A stretch of DNA of 64,000 nt from Nitrosopumilaceae archaeon (GTDB taxonomy: Archaea > Thermoproteota > Nitrososphaeria > Nitrososphaerales > Nitrosopumilaceae), in NCBI GenBank assembly GCA_965209085.1, contig OZ242376.1:288001-352000 (forward strand), in the 5' to 3' direction. The notes beneath the pieces are model-generated. The model had not been told where the DNA came from, did no database searches, and saw nothing but the letters and a program-made list of their open reading frames with translations. Shown piece after piece: positions 40,610 through 51,069 of this stretch. The position numbers were made by a program, and so were the translations under genes. Position 1 is the first letter of the stretch, and every line of letters starts with the position of its first letter.

Positions 40610-41061
40610 GATTTTTTTACAACCAGCACTTCTGCCATAAGGGAACGCAGGTGTGCCTTGTTTCTTATCGTATTTCCTCGCGCCATCTTGTAGAGTTTCC
40701 AAAATTCTTCGTTTGGCAGCTCGCCGCGGTCTTTTGCAACTCCAAGCAGATATCTTAACGAGCGGATCTTTTTGACATAGACTTGTTTTTTGCCAACCCT
40801 TGCTCCTTTTCTGCCCTGTTTGGAGCCGGCTTTTTTTCCGCGTTTTGTTTTCTGCAGTTTCTTTTGATGCGCCCTGCCGCGGGATGTTCCAACTATGGGT
40901 TTGAATGTAATTGTATTTGCAGTAATCAGACCGCGTACGTTCTCGCGGGTAATTGCATCTGCAATATCTTCCAAATGATCATTGTCGAATCTGATGCGGT
41001 GTATTCCGACACCGGTAACCCTGGAGACCAGGCGTTTTTTTGCCCTAAGATTTACTACCAA
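40606..41061 (-). CDS. rpl19e: 50S ribosomal protein L19e
   Basis: AITRE, SRGR and GS..G.KGAR motifs. Confidence 0.97.
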   Translation of the reverse strand: MVVNLRAKKRLVSRVTGVGIHRIRFDNDHLEDIADAITRENVRGLITANTITFKPIVGTSRGRAHQKKLQKTKRGKKAGSKQGRKGARVGKKQVYVKKIRSLRYLLGVAKDRGELPNEEFWKLYKMARGNTIRNKAHLRSLMAEVLVVKKS

Positions 41062-41449
41062 CCGGACTCACTCTTGCGTTAAACACTTTGAATTTTGCCT
41101 CAATGGCAGCTGCTACGATAACCCTGCGGTTTTTTGCCCCGACACTGTGACCCAATCTTATTCCGTCTTTTTTCGGATCAAGACCTTTGAGATTATTTGT
41201 ACAGTATACAAGATTATCAGTTAAACCGGACGGATGCAATCCGCGGCTTACCCTTGGACCGCCGTATCCTATTTTTACAATTCCTGGGCGTCCTCTACTT
41301 TTCTGCTTGCGCTGGTGGTTGTCAACTCCCTTTGGTTTTCTCCACGTGGTGCGCAGCCTGACATATCTCCAGCTCTCGGGTCTGATGAATTTTGGACGGT
41401 TGGATGATTCCTTTGTCCTCTTTTCCATCATCTCAGCGTTAATTGGCAT
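41045..41449 (-). CDS. rpl32e: 50S ribosomal protein L32e
   Basis: WRKPKG, IGYG and GLHPSG motifs. Confidence 0.97.
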   Translation of the reverse strand: MPINAEMMEKRTKESSNRPKFIRPESWRYVRLRTTWRKPKGVDNHQRKQKSRGRPGIVKIGYGGPRVSRGLHPSGLTDNLVYCTNNLKGLDPKKDGIRLGHSVGAKNRRVIVAAAIEAKFKVFNARVSPVGSKS

Positions 41450-41901
41450 AATCGGACTTTTGGAATTTTGGAATAAATAGGTTGCCTAAATATCTCATTG
41501 GCTATTATCATAAAAATCGCATACTTTTGATCTAGGGTGATGATTGTGGGAATAGTGTCACAAATGGACACATGTCTCTCATTATTTCATTGGAAAAGCA
41601 GCCCCTAGCGGATACTGGACAAAAATATAGAAAAATGCAAAGAATATCTAAAAAAGCGGCACATGGATTATACTCCCATCCTCATTTATTATGTAAATTC
41701 TAGGTACGATGCGTCATACTATTTCACGACTCTCAACTGTACAAAACCTGTGAGTTTAGCATCTAATCTTATTTTGTGCTTGATTCTTAATTATTTGTGT
41801 GGATTCGGTACATTGTGAATTCGTATAAACTTGTACTAGCAAGAAATAATAAGGATTTTTCAAGGTCATGAATTGATCCCCATGAAAACGGCAAAGTCAG
41901 G

Positions 41902-43509
41902 TTGTTTGATTTGAGCAGGGAAGAGACCTTCATCTCTGGCAGTTATTTGGAACAGATAAGAAAACTGGGCATAAATCCGGGCAAACTGTACAAAAATCTC
42001 ACAGTGGAGGATCTGGTGTCACATTCTGTCTCAAACGGCGAGGGTAAACTTGTATCCACAGGTTCGTTGGCTGTCAAGACCGGCAAATACACGGGAAGAT
42101 CTCCTGATGACCGTTTTATCGTAAGGGACGAGCTTACAAAAGATACCGTAGACTGGGGAAAGATAAACCACCCGATAGCTCCGGATAAATTTGATGGAAT
42201 ATTTGAGAGATTAAAACAACATTTAGAGGGAAAAGACATGTACGTCTTTGACGGATTTGTCGGAGCGGATCCGGAAACCCGCCTGCCAATACGCGTAATA
42301 AACGACAGAGCCTGGCAAAATCTCTTTGGACGGCAGCTCTTCATACGTCCCACCGATGCAGAGGCTGCATCGCATGTGCCCGAATTCAATCTTGTATGTA
42401 TAAACGACTTTGAGGCAGTACCAGAAGAGGACGGAACAAACTCCAACGTATTCATAATGATAGATCTATCGCGCAAGCTGGTGCTCATCGGCGGAACAAA
42501 GTATGCCGGCGAGATGAAAAAATCAATGTTTAGTGTAATGAACTTTATCCTGCCGCAGCGCGGCATACTTCCGATGCACTGTTCTGCAAACGTGGGAGAA
42601 AACGGCCATACGGCATTATTTTACGGACTCTCCGGCACGGGCAAGACGACGCTCTCAGCAGATCCGGAACGCAAACTTGTCGGCGATGACGAGCATGGCT
42701 GGTCGGATTCGGGAATCTTTAATTTTGAAGGGGGATGCTATGCAAAATGCATCAATCTAAGCCAAGAGGCAGAACCGCAAATCTGGAACGCCATCAAAGG
42801 AGGAACCGTACTTGAAAACGTCGTAATCGATGCAGACGGCAAACCCGATTACGGGGACAATTCACTCACGGAAAACACGCGTGCGGCATACCCGCTTGAT
42901 TACATTCCCGGCGCCGTTATTCCCAGTACCGGCGGGCATCCTGAAACAATCGTCTTTTTGACAGCTGATGCGATGGGGGTGCTGCCGCCGCTTGCACGTC
43001 TCTCAAATGACGGTGCAATGTACCACTTTATGTCCGGATATACAAGCAAACTTGCCGGAACCGAACGGGGGATAAAGGAACCAAAGGCGGTATTTTCTGA
43101 ATGTTTTGGAGCCCCGTTCATGCCCCGCTCTGCGTCCGTTTACGCAAAGATGCTGGGCGAGAAGATACGCAAACACGGCACCTCAGTATACCTGATAAAC
43201 ACAGGCTGGTCTGGCGGATCGTACGGCGTGGGAAAACGCGTCAGCATAAAGTACAGCCGGGCCATGGTGACGGCTGCAATATCCGGAACGCTTGAAAACG
43301 TCCGGTATAGGCACGATGAGATCTTTAATTTGGATGTTCCAATAGAATGCCCCGGCGTGCCTTTTGAAATTTTGGATGCGAGCAGCACATGGCCTGATTT
43401 GAATTCATACCAGAGTACTGCAAGAAAACTGGCCGGCATGTTTGTTCAGAATTTTGAAAAATTCAGCGATGCATCGCCTGAGACGCTCGCCGCCGGTCCG
43501 AGCGCCTGA
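41902..43509 (+). CDS. pckA: Phosphoenolpyruvate carboxykinase (ATP)
   Basis: TGRSP, GLSGTGKTTLS, GDDEH and NFEGGCYAK motifs. Confidence 0.97.
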   Translation: MFDLSREETFISGSYLEQIRKLGINPGKLYKNLTVEDLVSHSVSNGEGKLVSTGSLAVKTGKYTGRSPDDRFIVRDELTKDTVDWGKINHPIAPDKFDGIFERLKQHLEGKDMYVFDGFVGADPETRLPIRVINDRAWQNLFGRQLFIRPTDAEAASHVPEFNLVCINDFEAVPEEDGTNSNVFIMIDLSRKLVLIGGTKYAGEMKKSMFSVMNFILPQRGILPMHCSANVGENGHTALFYGLSGTGKTTLSADPERKLVGDDEHGWSDSGIFNFEGGCYAKCINLSQEAEPQIWNAIKGGTVLENVVIDADGKPDYGDNSLTENTRAAYPLDYIPGAVIPSTGGHPETIVFLTADAMGVLPPLARLSNDGAMYHFMSGYTSKLAGTERGIKEPKAVFSECFGAPFMPRSASVYAKMLGEKIRKHGTSVYLINTGWSGGSYGVGKRVSIKYSRAMVTAAISGTLENVRYRHDEIFNLDVPIECPGVPFEILDASSTWPDLNSYQSTARKLAGMFVQNFEKFSDASPETLAAGPSA

Positions 43510-45463
43510 CAATTTCATATACTGCATATACTGCTGCCAAAGTCAGCGCTGCAATTGCAATAACATCAAACGGTATTGCGGGAAAATTGCGCGCCACGCC
43601 GCCTGCGGATGCATCAGTATCTATTGTTGCATACGCCTCGTATGATCTTCCTGCAGAATCTATTACGGCACTAATCCAATACGTGCCGTTTTCTGGCACC
43701 TGTATGTATGCTGGCGAATCCGGCCTTGCAGTTACAGTATCAGACCATCCTACGGCCGGATTTTCCACTTTTATTCTTGCATACGACCAGTCATCGGGCC
43801 AGAGAATATCTGCACCAAGTGTACCATTTTTAATATCCACACCAATTGAACCGTTTGTTACAGTAACCATCATGGGGATTCCATAATTTACGGCTCCATC
43901 GTCTATCAAAATCCTGCCGTGGTATGTTGCAGGTTTTGAGGAATCAACCTCCACATCCACTTTGATAAAACCATCCCGCACTTTGAGTGCAGCCTTTGCA
44001 CCATCAGAAATTGTAACAGTTGCGCTTATTTTTTCCGGTCCATCACCAATCGGTTTTAGAAAAATGGTGCCTGTAACTGCAGGATTTGCAGGAGATCCGT
44101 GCAGCACAAGCTGGTGTGGATTTGGGGCGATGTTTGCAGCAAACGCCTGCGTTACGTTCAGCCTACCCCCGCCTTCTGCATGGTGGTCTGTACTGCCGGA
44201 TGCGTCAGCGGTGGTCGCAATTATGGATTTAATATCATACGGGGTAAGATTCGGATTTTTACTCATCAGGGCTATTGCAGCTCCGGTAACGTGCGGCGTT
44301 GCAAAACTTGTCCCGCTTGCTATGGAATATCCGCCGTCAATTGTGGTTGTATTGATGTACGCCCCTGGTGCCACAAGGTCAGGTTTTATGTAAAACGGCG
44401 AGATAGGACCTCTGGAGCTGAAATGGGTCACAGTATCTATGCCAAGAAGCGTTTCTAGATTGCCGGTCGCGTCTTCTTCAGCATGCTCTTTTATCTTCAG
44501 ACCATCCTCCCTTGATACGGAGACGATAAGTATGCTCGAAGTATGCTTTACACCGGTTATGTTGTGGTTAAGATCTCCTAAAAATATCCCATCCACGTTG
44601 TTGTATACTATAATGGCCACCGCACCGGCATTTGCAGCAGCAGTCTCTTTTTCGGTAAAATACACCAACTGCTCGGCAATGTCGCTTCCACGTTCTGCTA
44701 TGATAATTGTGCCGTTGTATCCGCCGCCTTGCAGATCCGATTCCCTTGCATATCCGCCGTATGCTAATCTGGCCTCTATTGCCTCCTCTAAAGAAATTGT
44801 GCCGAACATGGGGGCAGCGTCGTAATATTCTCCGTTTACCCTAAGCGATGCCACCGTGCTGGAGGATATGTTGTTGTATGATGCGCCCACCGTAATGGAA
44901 TTAAAATTTATTCCTGGGCTTCCTATGCTGGATTCCTTTGGCCCATCATTGCCTGCAGCCGTAATTACTAAAACGCCAGCTGCCGTTGCGCGGGTTATCG
45001 CCGCATCTATATTTGGATTTGTTCTGTTTATCCCAAGACTGATGTTTACAACGTCCGCTCCGTCGGCCACGGCTTTTTCTATCGCACTGACAATTCTCTC
45101 ATCGGAAATTCCAATACCATCCTCTGATATTTTATACGAGATTACCTTTACGCCAGGAACTATGCCCTGCAGGCTTCCGTTGGCTGCGATAATGCCAAGA
45201 ACCTGCGTTCCGTGCCCGTCAACATCATCTGAAAAGTTTTTTCCAATATTTATAAAATCAGGATGTGTAAAATCAACTCCCGTATCTATAATGGCCACCG
45301 TAATTCCTGCACCATCGTATCCTGTTTTGGCTGGAAGATCCGCTCCAACGTACGGAATACTTGCATCCATGAGCGGTCCGCCGGCATACTGGGCCATTGC
45401 CTGACTTGGCATCAAAACTGCAAATGCACACAATACAAAAACTGCAAACACCCTGACAGTCAT
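43463..45463 (-). CDS. Secreted, membrane-anchored subtilisin-like S8 protease with PA domain
   Basis: DTGVD, HGTQV and GTSFATP triad; signal peptide; C-terminal TM helix. Confidence 0.94.
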   Translation of the reverse strand: MTVRVFAVFVLCAFAVLMPSQAMAQYAGGPLMDASIPYVGADLPAKTGYDGAGITVAIIDTGVDFTHPDFINIGKNFSDDVDGHGTQVLGIIAANGSLQGIVPGVKVISYKISEDGIGISDERIVSAIEKAVADGADVVNISLGINRTNPNIDAAITRATAAGVLVITAAGNDGPKESSIGSPGINFNSITVGASYNNISSSTVASLRVNGEYYDAAPMFGTISLEEAIEARLAYGGYARESDLQGGGYNGTIIIAERGSDIAEQLVYFTEKETAAANAGAVAIIVYNNVDGIFLGDLNHNITGVKHTSSILIVSVSREDGLKIKEHAEEDATGNLETLLGIDTVTHFSSRGPISPFYIKPDLVAPGAYINTTTIDGGYSIASGTSFATPHVTGAAIALMSKNPNLTPYDIKSIIATTADASGSTDHHAEGGGRLNVTQAFAANIAPNPHQLVLHGSPANPAVTGTIFLKPIGDGPEKISATVTISDGAKAALKVRDGFIKVDVEVDSSKPATYHGRILIDDGAVNYGIPMMVTVTNGSIGVDIKNGTLGADILWPDDWSYARIKVENPAVGWSDTVTARPDSPAYIQVPENGTYWISAVIDSAGRSYEAYATIDTDASAGGVARNFPAIPFDVIAIAALTLAAVYAVYEIVRRSDRRRASQAMHR

Positions 45464-45549
45464 ACGGATATAAAATCCGCTCTAGGTAAAAACCGTATAT
45501 GCTATATCGCGATAGTTATTTAATGGATGACTGGGCGCCTCACATACGT

Positions 45550-45672
45550 CCCAAGCTAGCTCAGCCTGGTAGAGCTTCCGGCTGTAGTTGTCGGCTGAGG
45601 CTGACCGAATAACAGCATATCAGGCATACAGACACCGGGTTGTCGCAGGCTCAAATCCTGCGCTTGGGACCA
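45550..45672 (+). tRNA. tRNA-Tyr(GUA) with canonical intron (about 45588-45633)
   Basis: CCCAAGC/GCTTGGG acceptor stem; TCCGG-CTGTAG[intron]A-CCGGG; CCA encoded. Confidence 0.92.
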
Positions 45673-46328
45673 CATTTTCATTTGTACTAATACATCATCA
45701 TATGTGAGTAATATTGCCGCACTGAATGTGTTCATGCATGAATAATTTTAACATCCATTTACATACGGTCTTACCGAAATGTGTATTAACAGCCAATTCC
45801 ATATGTAATGATCTTGTTGGATCAATATAACGACCTGGAAAAATGACATTATGATGGTCCACGATTAAAACCAGAACTTTATGCATACAACTGGCAGTAT
45901 GGGAAAAAAATATGTGTAAATTGTTCAAAAGAAACGCAAAAAATACAATTGTCACAAGGTAAACAGATTTGTTGACAGAATACAAGAAACACATTGTAGT
46001 AAACTGATTAAATCTAGAACGAGAAATAATAAACGTATTATTGAAGATTTTTTACACTTACATCAATCCTGTAATGGAATTTAGCGACTCTGAAAGTCCT
46101 ATTCTATTTGGAATATAATTGTTGAAATATGTCTGCTTGATTATGTGTTTTCTTGCAAGTTTGTTTTCTAAAATTTGATTTTTAATACTAGATGAAATCA
46201 CAATAGGCGAGAACATCGATAGTGGTAAATGTGCTAGTTTTATGCACTTTAAAAAATATGCATATTTTACTCTTATGAATCCCAATTTAGTAAGAAAAGT
46301 TTTAATGTGCAAACAACATAATATGCAT

Positions 46329-47618
46329 ATGTCAAATTATAAATTTTTTATCATTTTTCTAATGACTGCATCCATAATAATTATGACCGGTATTTCATAC
46401 GCGCAATTTTCAGAGCAAATTCCTAGTCCAAAAAAACAGATTGACAACGACGTGGCACCATATGATGTAGTTTGCAGAAATGATTTATTACTTGTAGAAA
46501 GGTCTATTGATAACATTGCATGTGTGTCTGAAAACACAGCACAAATATTTAATTGGCATATCATAGATCCATCTTCAAATACAACTACAAAGGATTCTGA
46601 ACCGTCATCTGAAGAATTTTACAGTGATGGACCACATACTCTTGCTGAAGCATTATTTGAACAATCATTCAAACACAGGCAGGATACTTCTCCTAGCATA
46701 TTTACACCTTCTTTGCCCGTGGCATATCCTAGCATATTTACACCTTGGCCCGTAGCATATCCAAATGGATCATTTTCCAATCTTGCATATGTTGATGCAA
46801 TATTCCCACAATCTGTATCTGTTGGAGATGCATTCACTATAGAATATTCATGGTCAACAAATGGTCTAATCCCAATTGTTCGTGATCTCACATCTATGAA
46901 AAAAGATCTGAAAAATTTTAATCATAGTATGATGAAATCTATGACAGAACGTGAAAAACTTAATGTTAGTATTATAACATCAGATGTAGAATTTATCAAT
47001 CCCAAAGTACCTCGTAGTACTTACTGTGATACTGATTATTTACACACGTATATTCTATATGATTCAGATAATATTGAAGATAGATCTGGAAATGTTACCG
47101 TAAAATTTAAAAATATTTTTAACTCAACTGAATATAAACCCGCAATTCTTATTGGATTTCTAGATCATACTTTTATTGAAATACACGCATCATCTGATAA
47201 AGATGGAATGATAAATCTTAAAAGATCGACAGAACCTAGACCTGAATTTAAATTTACATATGACTGTGATGGTATGGATTCACTTCCCACTTCTAATACG
47301 TCAAATCCGCCTGTAGTGGAAAATTCAATTATTTCTGAAATACCTGACTGTATACACGAACAGTCATGGGGATATCTGTACGAGGATGAAAAAATAACAA
47401 TACTCGAAAATCCCACTACGTGTCAAATGATAAATGGTACCCACATAACAAATTTACCCGATGGTTGGAACAGAATACAAAAGCCAGATTTTGATACTAT
47501 GATACAAATAATGGATGATCTGTCAATGAATACTCCTGAGGAGTTACTAGAATTTGGAAATATTTCTGGAAATTGGACTGATGATTTTATTTCATATTAT
47601 TACAATATTTCAAAATAG
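46329..47618 (+). CDS. Secreted hypothetical protein with a thaumarchaeal SPxKQ...C...ACV N-terminal module
   Basis: Signal peptide (..SYA|Q); SPKKQ...DVVC...IACV...W; AT-rich. Confidence 0.8.
   Translation: MSNYKFFIIFLMTASIIIMTGISYAQFSEQIPSPKKQIDNDVAPYDVVCRNDLLLVERSIDNIACVSENTAQIFNWHIIDPSSNTTTKDSEPSSEEFYSDGPHTLAEALFEQSFKHRQDTSPSIFTPSLPVAYPSIFTPWPVAYPNGSFSNLAYVDAIFPQSVSVGDAFTIEYSWSTNGLIPIVRDLTSMKKDLKNFNHSMMKSMTEREKLNVSIITSDVEFINPKVPRSTYCDTDYLHTYILYDSDNIEDRSGNVTVKFKNIFNSTEYKPAILIGFLDHTFIEIHASSDKDGMINLKRSTEPRPEFKFTYDCDGMDSLPTSNTSNPPVVENSIISEIPDCIHEQSWGYLYEDEKITILENPTTCQMINGTHITNLPDGWNRIQKPDFDTMIQIMDDLSMNTPEELLEFGNISGNWTDDFISYYYNISK
46692..46760 (+). repeat. In-frame tandem duplication (36 + 33 nt)
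   Basis: cctagcatatttacacctt...gcccgt.gcatat occurs twice (PSIFTPSLPVAY / PSIFTPWPVAY). Confidence 0.9.
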
Positions 47619-47772
47619 TCATATGATTTTTTTTATCCGTTAAATATTGACATAATACCGACTGTAATGGCACAAACCTCAAACACTATAATCGCGATGC
47701 CAAAAACATAACTGTATCTTGATATTTACATATAATACTGAAAATTAGGGTGATTTTGAACCTAAAAACGGT

Positions 47773-48825
47773 CTATGGATTTATGACCGCACGGCCAAGA
47801 ATCTTTCTGTCTTTTAGATCGTTGAGCGCCGTATTTGCATCATCAAGGGAATATCTCTTGGATATGATTGGACTGATTGAGCCTTTTTTTGCAAGCTCTA
47901 CAAGCTCTTTCATGTCATCAAAGTTTCCAGTATACGCACCCTGTATGGTTATGGATTTTAGCGGTATCGTGACAAGTGAAATATCCAGCGAGCCTCCAAA
48001 GAGTCCGACAAGAACCAGGTTTCCCCTTTTGCGCAGAACGGACAGGCCCATCTTTGCGGTGGGCGGAGCGTTTACAAAATCAATGACGCTCTCAGCTCCC
48101 AATCCTCCGCACGTTTTTATTATTTTCTCTGCGGTTTCAGATTCTTTTGAATTGAAAACATAATCTGCTCCTTTTGATTTTGCAACATCAAGTTTCTTAT
48201 CGTCCAAATCCACACAGATTATCTTTGCACCGGTTACAGCCTTTGCCACCTGCACTCCCATCAAACCAAGACCGCCTGCGCCTATGATTACAATGTAATG
48301 GGGAGAGTTTGCATTTGCTTTTTTTATCGCAGTATATGCGGTAAGCCCAGAGCATGCAAGCGAGGTTGCCTCTTCCGGATTCATTCCCTCTATGTTGACA
48401 AGATATTTTGGATGCGGAACCATCACTTCCTGTGCGTACCCGCCGTCGCAGAACACTCCGATGGATTTTGGCGTATCGCATAAATTTTCATTTCCTGCAG
48501 AGCATCCAGGACAGCTGCCGCATCCGACCCACGGATATACAAGCACCAAATCGCCTTTTGAGACGCCCTGTGAGTCCGGACCCGTTTCCTGTACGGTTCC
48601 AGTAATCTCATGGCCAGGTGTAACGGGGTATTTTACGCCGCGGTCTGTAACTTTCATAAACTGTCCGTCTCCCATGTCGTATCCTCCTTCCAACAAATGC
48701 AGGTCGCTGTGGCATACTCCGACAGATTTTACGCGGATTATCACTTCGGTACCGGTAGGCTTTAGATCCTCAACTTGTGCAATCTCCAAAGGCTGTTCTG
48801 ATCCGATTATACGCGCCGTCTTCAC
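47773..48825 (-). CDS. Zinc-dependent alcohol dehydrogenase
   Basis: CHSD, GHE, structural Cys4 and GAGGLG motifs. Confidence 0.95.
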   Translation of the reverse strand: MKTARIIGSEQPLEIAQVEDLKPTGTEVIIRVKSVGVCHSDLHLLEGGYDMGDGQFMKVTDRGVKYPVTPGHEITGTVQETGPDSQGVSKGDLVLVYPWVGCGSCPGCSAGNENLCDTPKSIGVFCDGGYAQEVMVPHPKYLVNIEGMNPEEATSLACSGLTAYTAIKKANANSPHYIVIIGAGGLGLMGVQVAKAVTGAKIICVDLDDKKLDVAKSKGADYVFNSKESETAEKIIKTCGGLGAESVIDFVNAPPTAKMGLSVLRKRGNLVLVGLFGGSLDISLVTIPLKSITIQGAYTGNFDDMKELVELAKKGSISPIISKRYSLDDANTALNDLKDRKILGRAVINP

Positions 48826-48915
48826 GCGCAACAGCCGAATGATAACAATATAAGTCAATTCTGGCATATTATACGATCATTTCACTAAAATTATACGGCA
48901 TACTGTACATGCAGC

Positions 48916-50286
48916 ATGAATGATTTCATGACGTCTGTATTTCCCCATGCGTACGCCAAAATATACAACGGAATGCTTCAGCACAACGGGGCCACGTTTG
49001 TATCAAAATACGTAGCAAATCTCAAAGACGGGGCAACTCCGGACAAGTTTATCGAAGGGCATGCAACCCAGCGTCCAAGCGATCAGGTATATGATGCGTT
49101 AAAACAAGTATACGAAATTTGGCAGGCAGGATACCTGCACCTGCTCTCACACCTGAAAAATGATTCCGGATCGTTTACGATGCGCAATATGCGTGCGGTG
49201 GTTTTACAGATTGACGAGAACGAGAGATGGAAAAAAATGTACGATGTGGAAGGAACGCAGTTTGATCTTTTACTTGCGGTACCTTTGCTGTCAAGAATCG
49301 TATCGGTCAGCACTTCAAAGATTGGAAAGGGGGTGAAAAACGCGCCAAAACCATTTGATGTATTGAATATCAACATGTATGGATTTTATGGCGGATTTAA
49401 CAAACTGCACGGAACATCGCACCGAAGCATCTCAGCTGTGAAACAGGCGGATGTGGAAAAAACAGAAACGTTTGACTCTGTAAAGTTTGCATTCCGTACA
49501 ATCGGTGATGCAAAAATGCTTGCAGGCTGCTCCAATATGGGATTGTTCGCACTGCATATGTTAAATGAGAGGCTGATACTTGGATTAAATTTTTTATGCA
49601 TCTGTAAAATTTCACACGCTGAATCATCCTCGGCAACAATGTATGCACCCGCAGGTTCTGCAGAATTTCTACTAAGCGACGAATCCGATAGCGTACGGGC
49701 CATTATGAGCCCCGAAGCGCTGAAATTATCCGCCAAACTGGCCGGCACTCCTGAGAAATTGGGAATGTGCAGTGGCAGCATCCGTGATGAAAAATTGGAA
49801 AAATTCAAAGATTTGGAGAATATTGAAGGATATTTTGTATTCTTGTGCAGCTGGTCCATGGGCTCAAACATGCCAGTGATAATGTGTGCAATGCCGCTTG
49901 GAGAGAATCTGCCGTACAGGCGATTGTACGTGGAAGCTCTGATGAACACTAGGCGAAAACTGGGACCTGATGATCTAAACTATCTGGCAGGCGTGGATAC
50001 TGCCAAAATAGTGCAGGAGAGCGAACATTTGGCTGCGGACAGATCCGGCAGGTGGGTCTATTACAAGGATCCCAAATGGGACGGGGATGCACTCTCTTTT
50101 CTTGCAGCAAGGGATTTTAAAAAACCAAAACTTTCCGAAGTGTTTAAATCCGGACTGTCAAGGGCTGCCCTGAATGAATGCTACAGCATGACTGATGCAT
50201 ATTTTAGATGCAATGCGTTTGTCAAAAATCTGTACTGTTCAGACGATCCAAAGGCCGATCTTGCATTATTGTACCCAAAGATTTAG
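48916..50286 (+). CDS. Hypothetical protein, possibly OB-fold(s) plus winged helix
   Basis: 456-aa ORF; FLLSDESDSVRA resembles the OB-fold LxDxTGxI strand. Confidence 0.7.
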   Translation: MNDFMTSVFPHAYAKIYNGMLQHNGATFVSKYVANLKDGATPDKFIEGHATQRPSDQVYDALKQVYEIWQAGYLHLLSHLKNDSGSFTMRNMRAVVLQIDENERWKKMYDVEGTQFDLLLAVPLLSRIVSVSTSKIGKGVKNAPKPFDVLNINMYGFYGGFNKLHGTSHRSISAVKQADVEKTETFDSVKFAFRTIGDAKMLAGCSNMGLFALHMLNERLILGLNFLCICKISHAESSSATMYAPAGSAEFLLSDESDSVRAIMSPEALKLSAKLAGTPEKLGMCSGSIRDEKLEKFKDLENIEGYFVFLCSWSMGSNMPVIMCAMPLGENLPYRRLYVEALMNTRRKLGPDDLNYLAGVDTAKIVQESEHLAADRSGRWVYYKDPKWDGDALSFLAARDFKKPKLSEVFKSGLSRAALNECYSMTDAYFRCNAFVKNLYCSDDPKADLALLYPKI

Positions 50287-50376
50287 CATAATGCGATCTT
50301 GTGTGGTAAATCTATTGACCATGTGTGAAATAAAATCAAATCCGACACACAATTAACTTGCGGTGCAGTATGAGAT

Positions 50377-51069
50377 ATGATGAGTGCGGAGGAAAAAAAC
50401 GAGGATCCAAAGACGATCTCAGAAGATCCTGTAAACGTGCTGTTCAATACATCGTCGATCGCAAAAAAAGACATATGGGACATAGACATTGTCGGAATTT
50501 TGGAAATGTTGACGCGCATACTTGAAAAATCAGGAAAAAAAGATCTGCGCGTGGCCGGTATGGCAGCACTCTCCTCGTCTCTGATATACCGCATGAAGGT
50601 GGAGAGCATATTTGCGCTGCACCGTGCGGCAATGGAAAAGAAATCATCGCGCGTAAGAACCGACGTGGATATTCCGCTTCTTGGAATTCCGTACAGGCAC
50701 GAGCCGACGTATCCTGTCACACTTGATGAGCTTTTGGGACTGCTGCAAAACCTGATAGGGTCCATGGCAAATCCAAGGGAGAGGCGCCTAAAGTTTGACC
50801 CCATACAAGAGCAGCCAAAATTCGAGGATTTTTTTACAAATACTGAAAAAATAATTGCCAAATATGAGGATCTACTCATGGAAAAACTCCACCTGTCTAG
50901 CAGCATACTGCTGAGCGAGATTACCCTCTCACTTGAGCCAATCGACGGCGTCAGGTGCTTTTTTGCCGCATTGTTTTTGGCCAGGGATCAAAAAGTGGAT
51001 TTGGAGCAGACAGGCGAGGATATACGCATTACATTGTCAAAGACACCGAATAAATCAGATTCAGCCTGA
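50377..51069 (+). CDS. scpA: Segregation/condensation kleisin ScpA
   Basis: DIWDIDI, VTLDELL and FFAALFLA...LEQ...DI motifs. Confidence 0.9.
   Translation: MMSAEEKNEDPKTISEDPVNVLFNTSSIAKKDIWDIDIVGILEMLTRILEKSGKKDLRVAGMAALSSSLIYRMKVESIFALHRAAMEKKSSRVRTDVDIPLLGIPYRHEPTYPVTLDELLGLLQNLIGSMANPRERRLKFDPIQEQPKFEDFFTNTEKIIAKYEDLLMEKLHLSSSILLSEITLSLEPIDGVRCFFAALFLARDQKVDLEQTGEDIRITLSKTPNKSDSA

Noticed and set aside
41460-41890. Possible 5S rRNA or small gene between rpl32e and pckA
   Set aside because: No 5S consensus or convincing ORF is visible.
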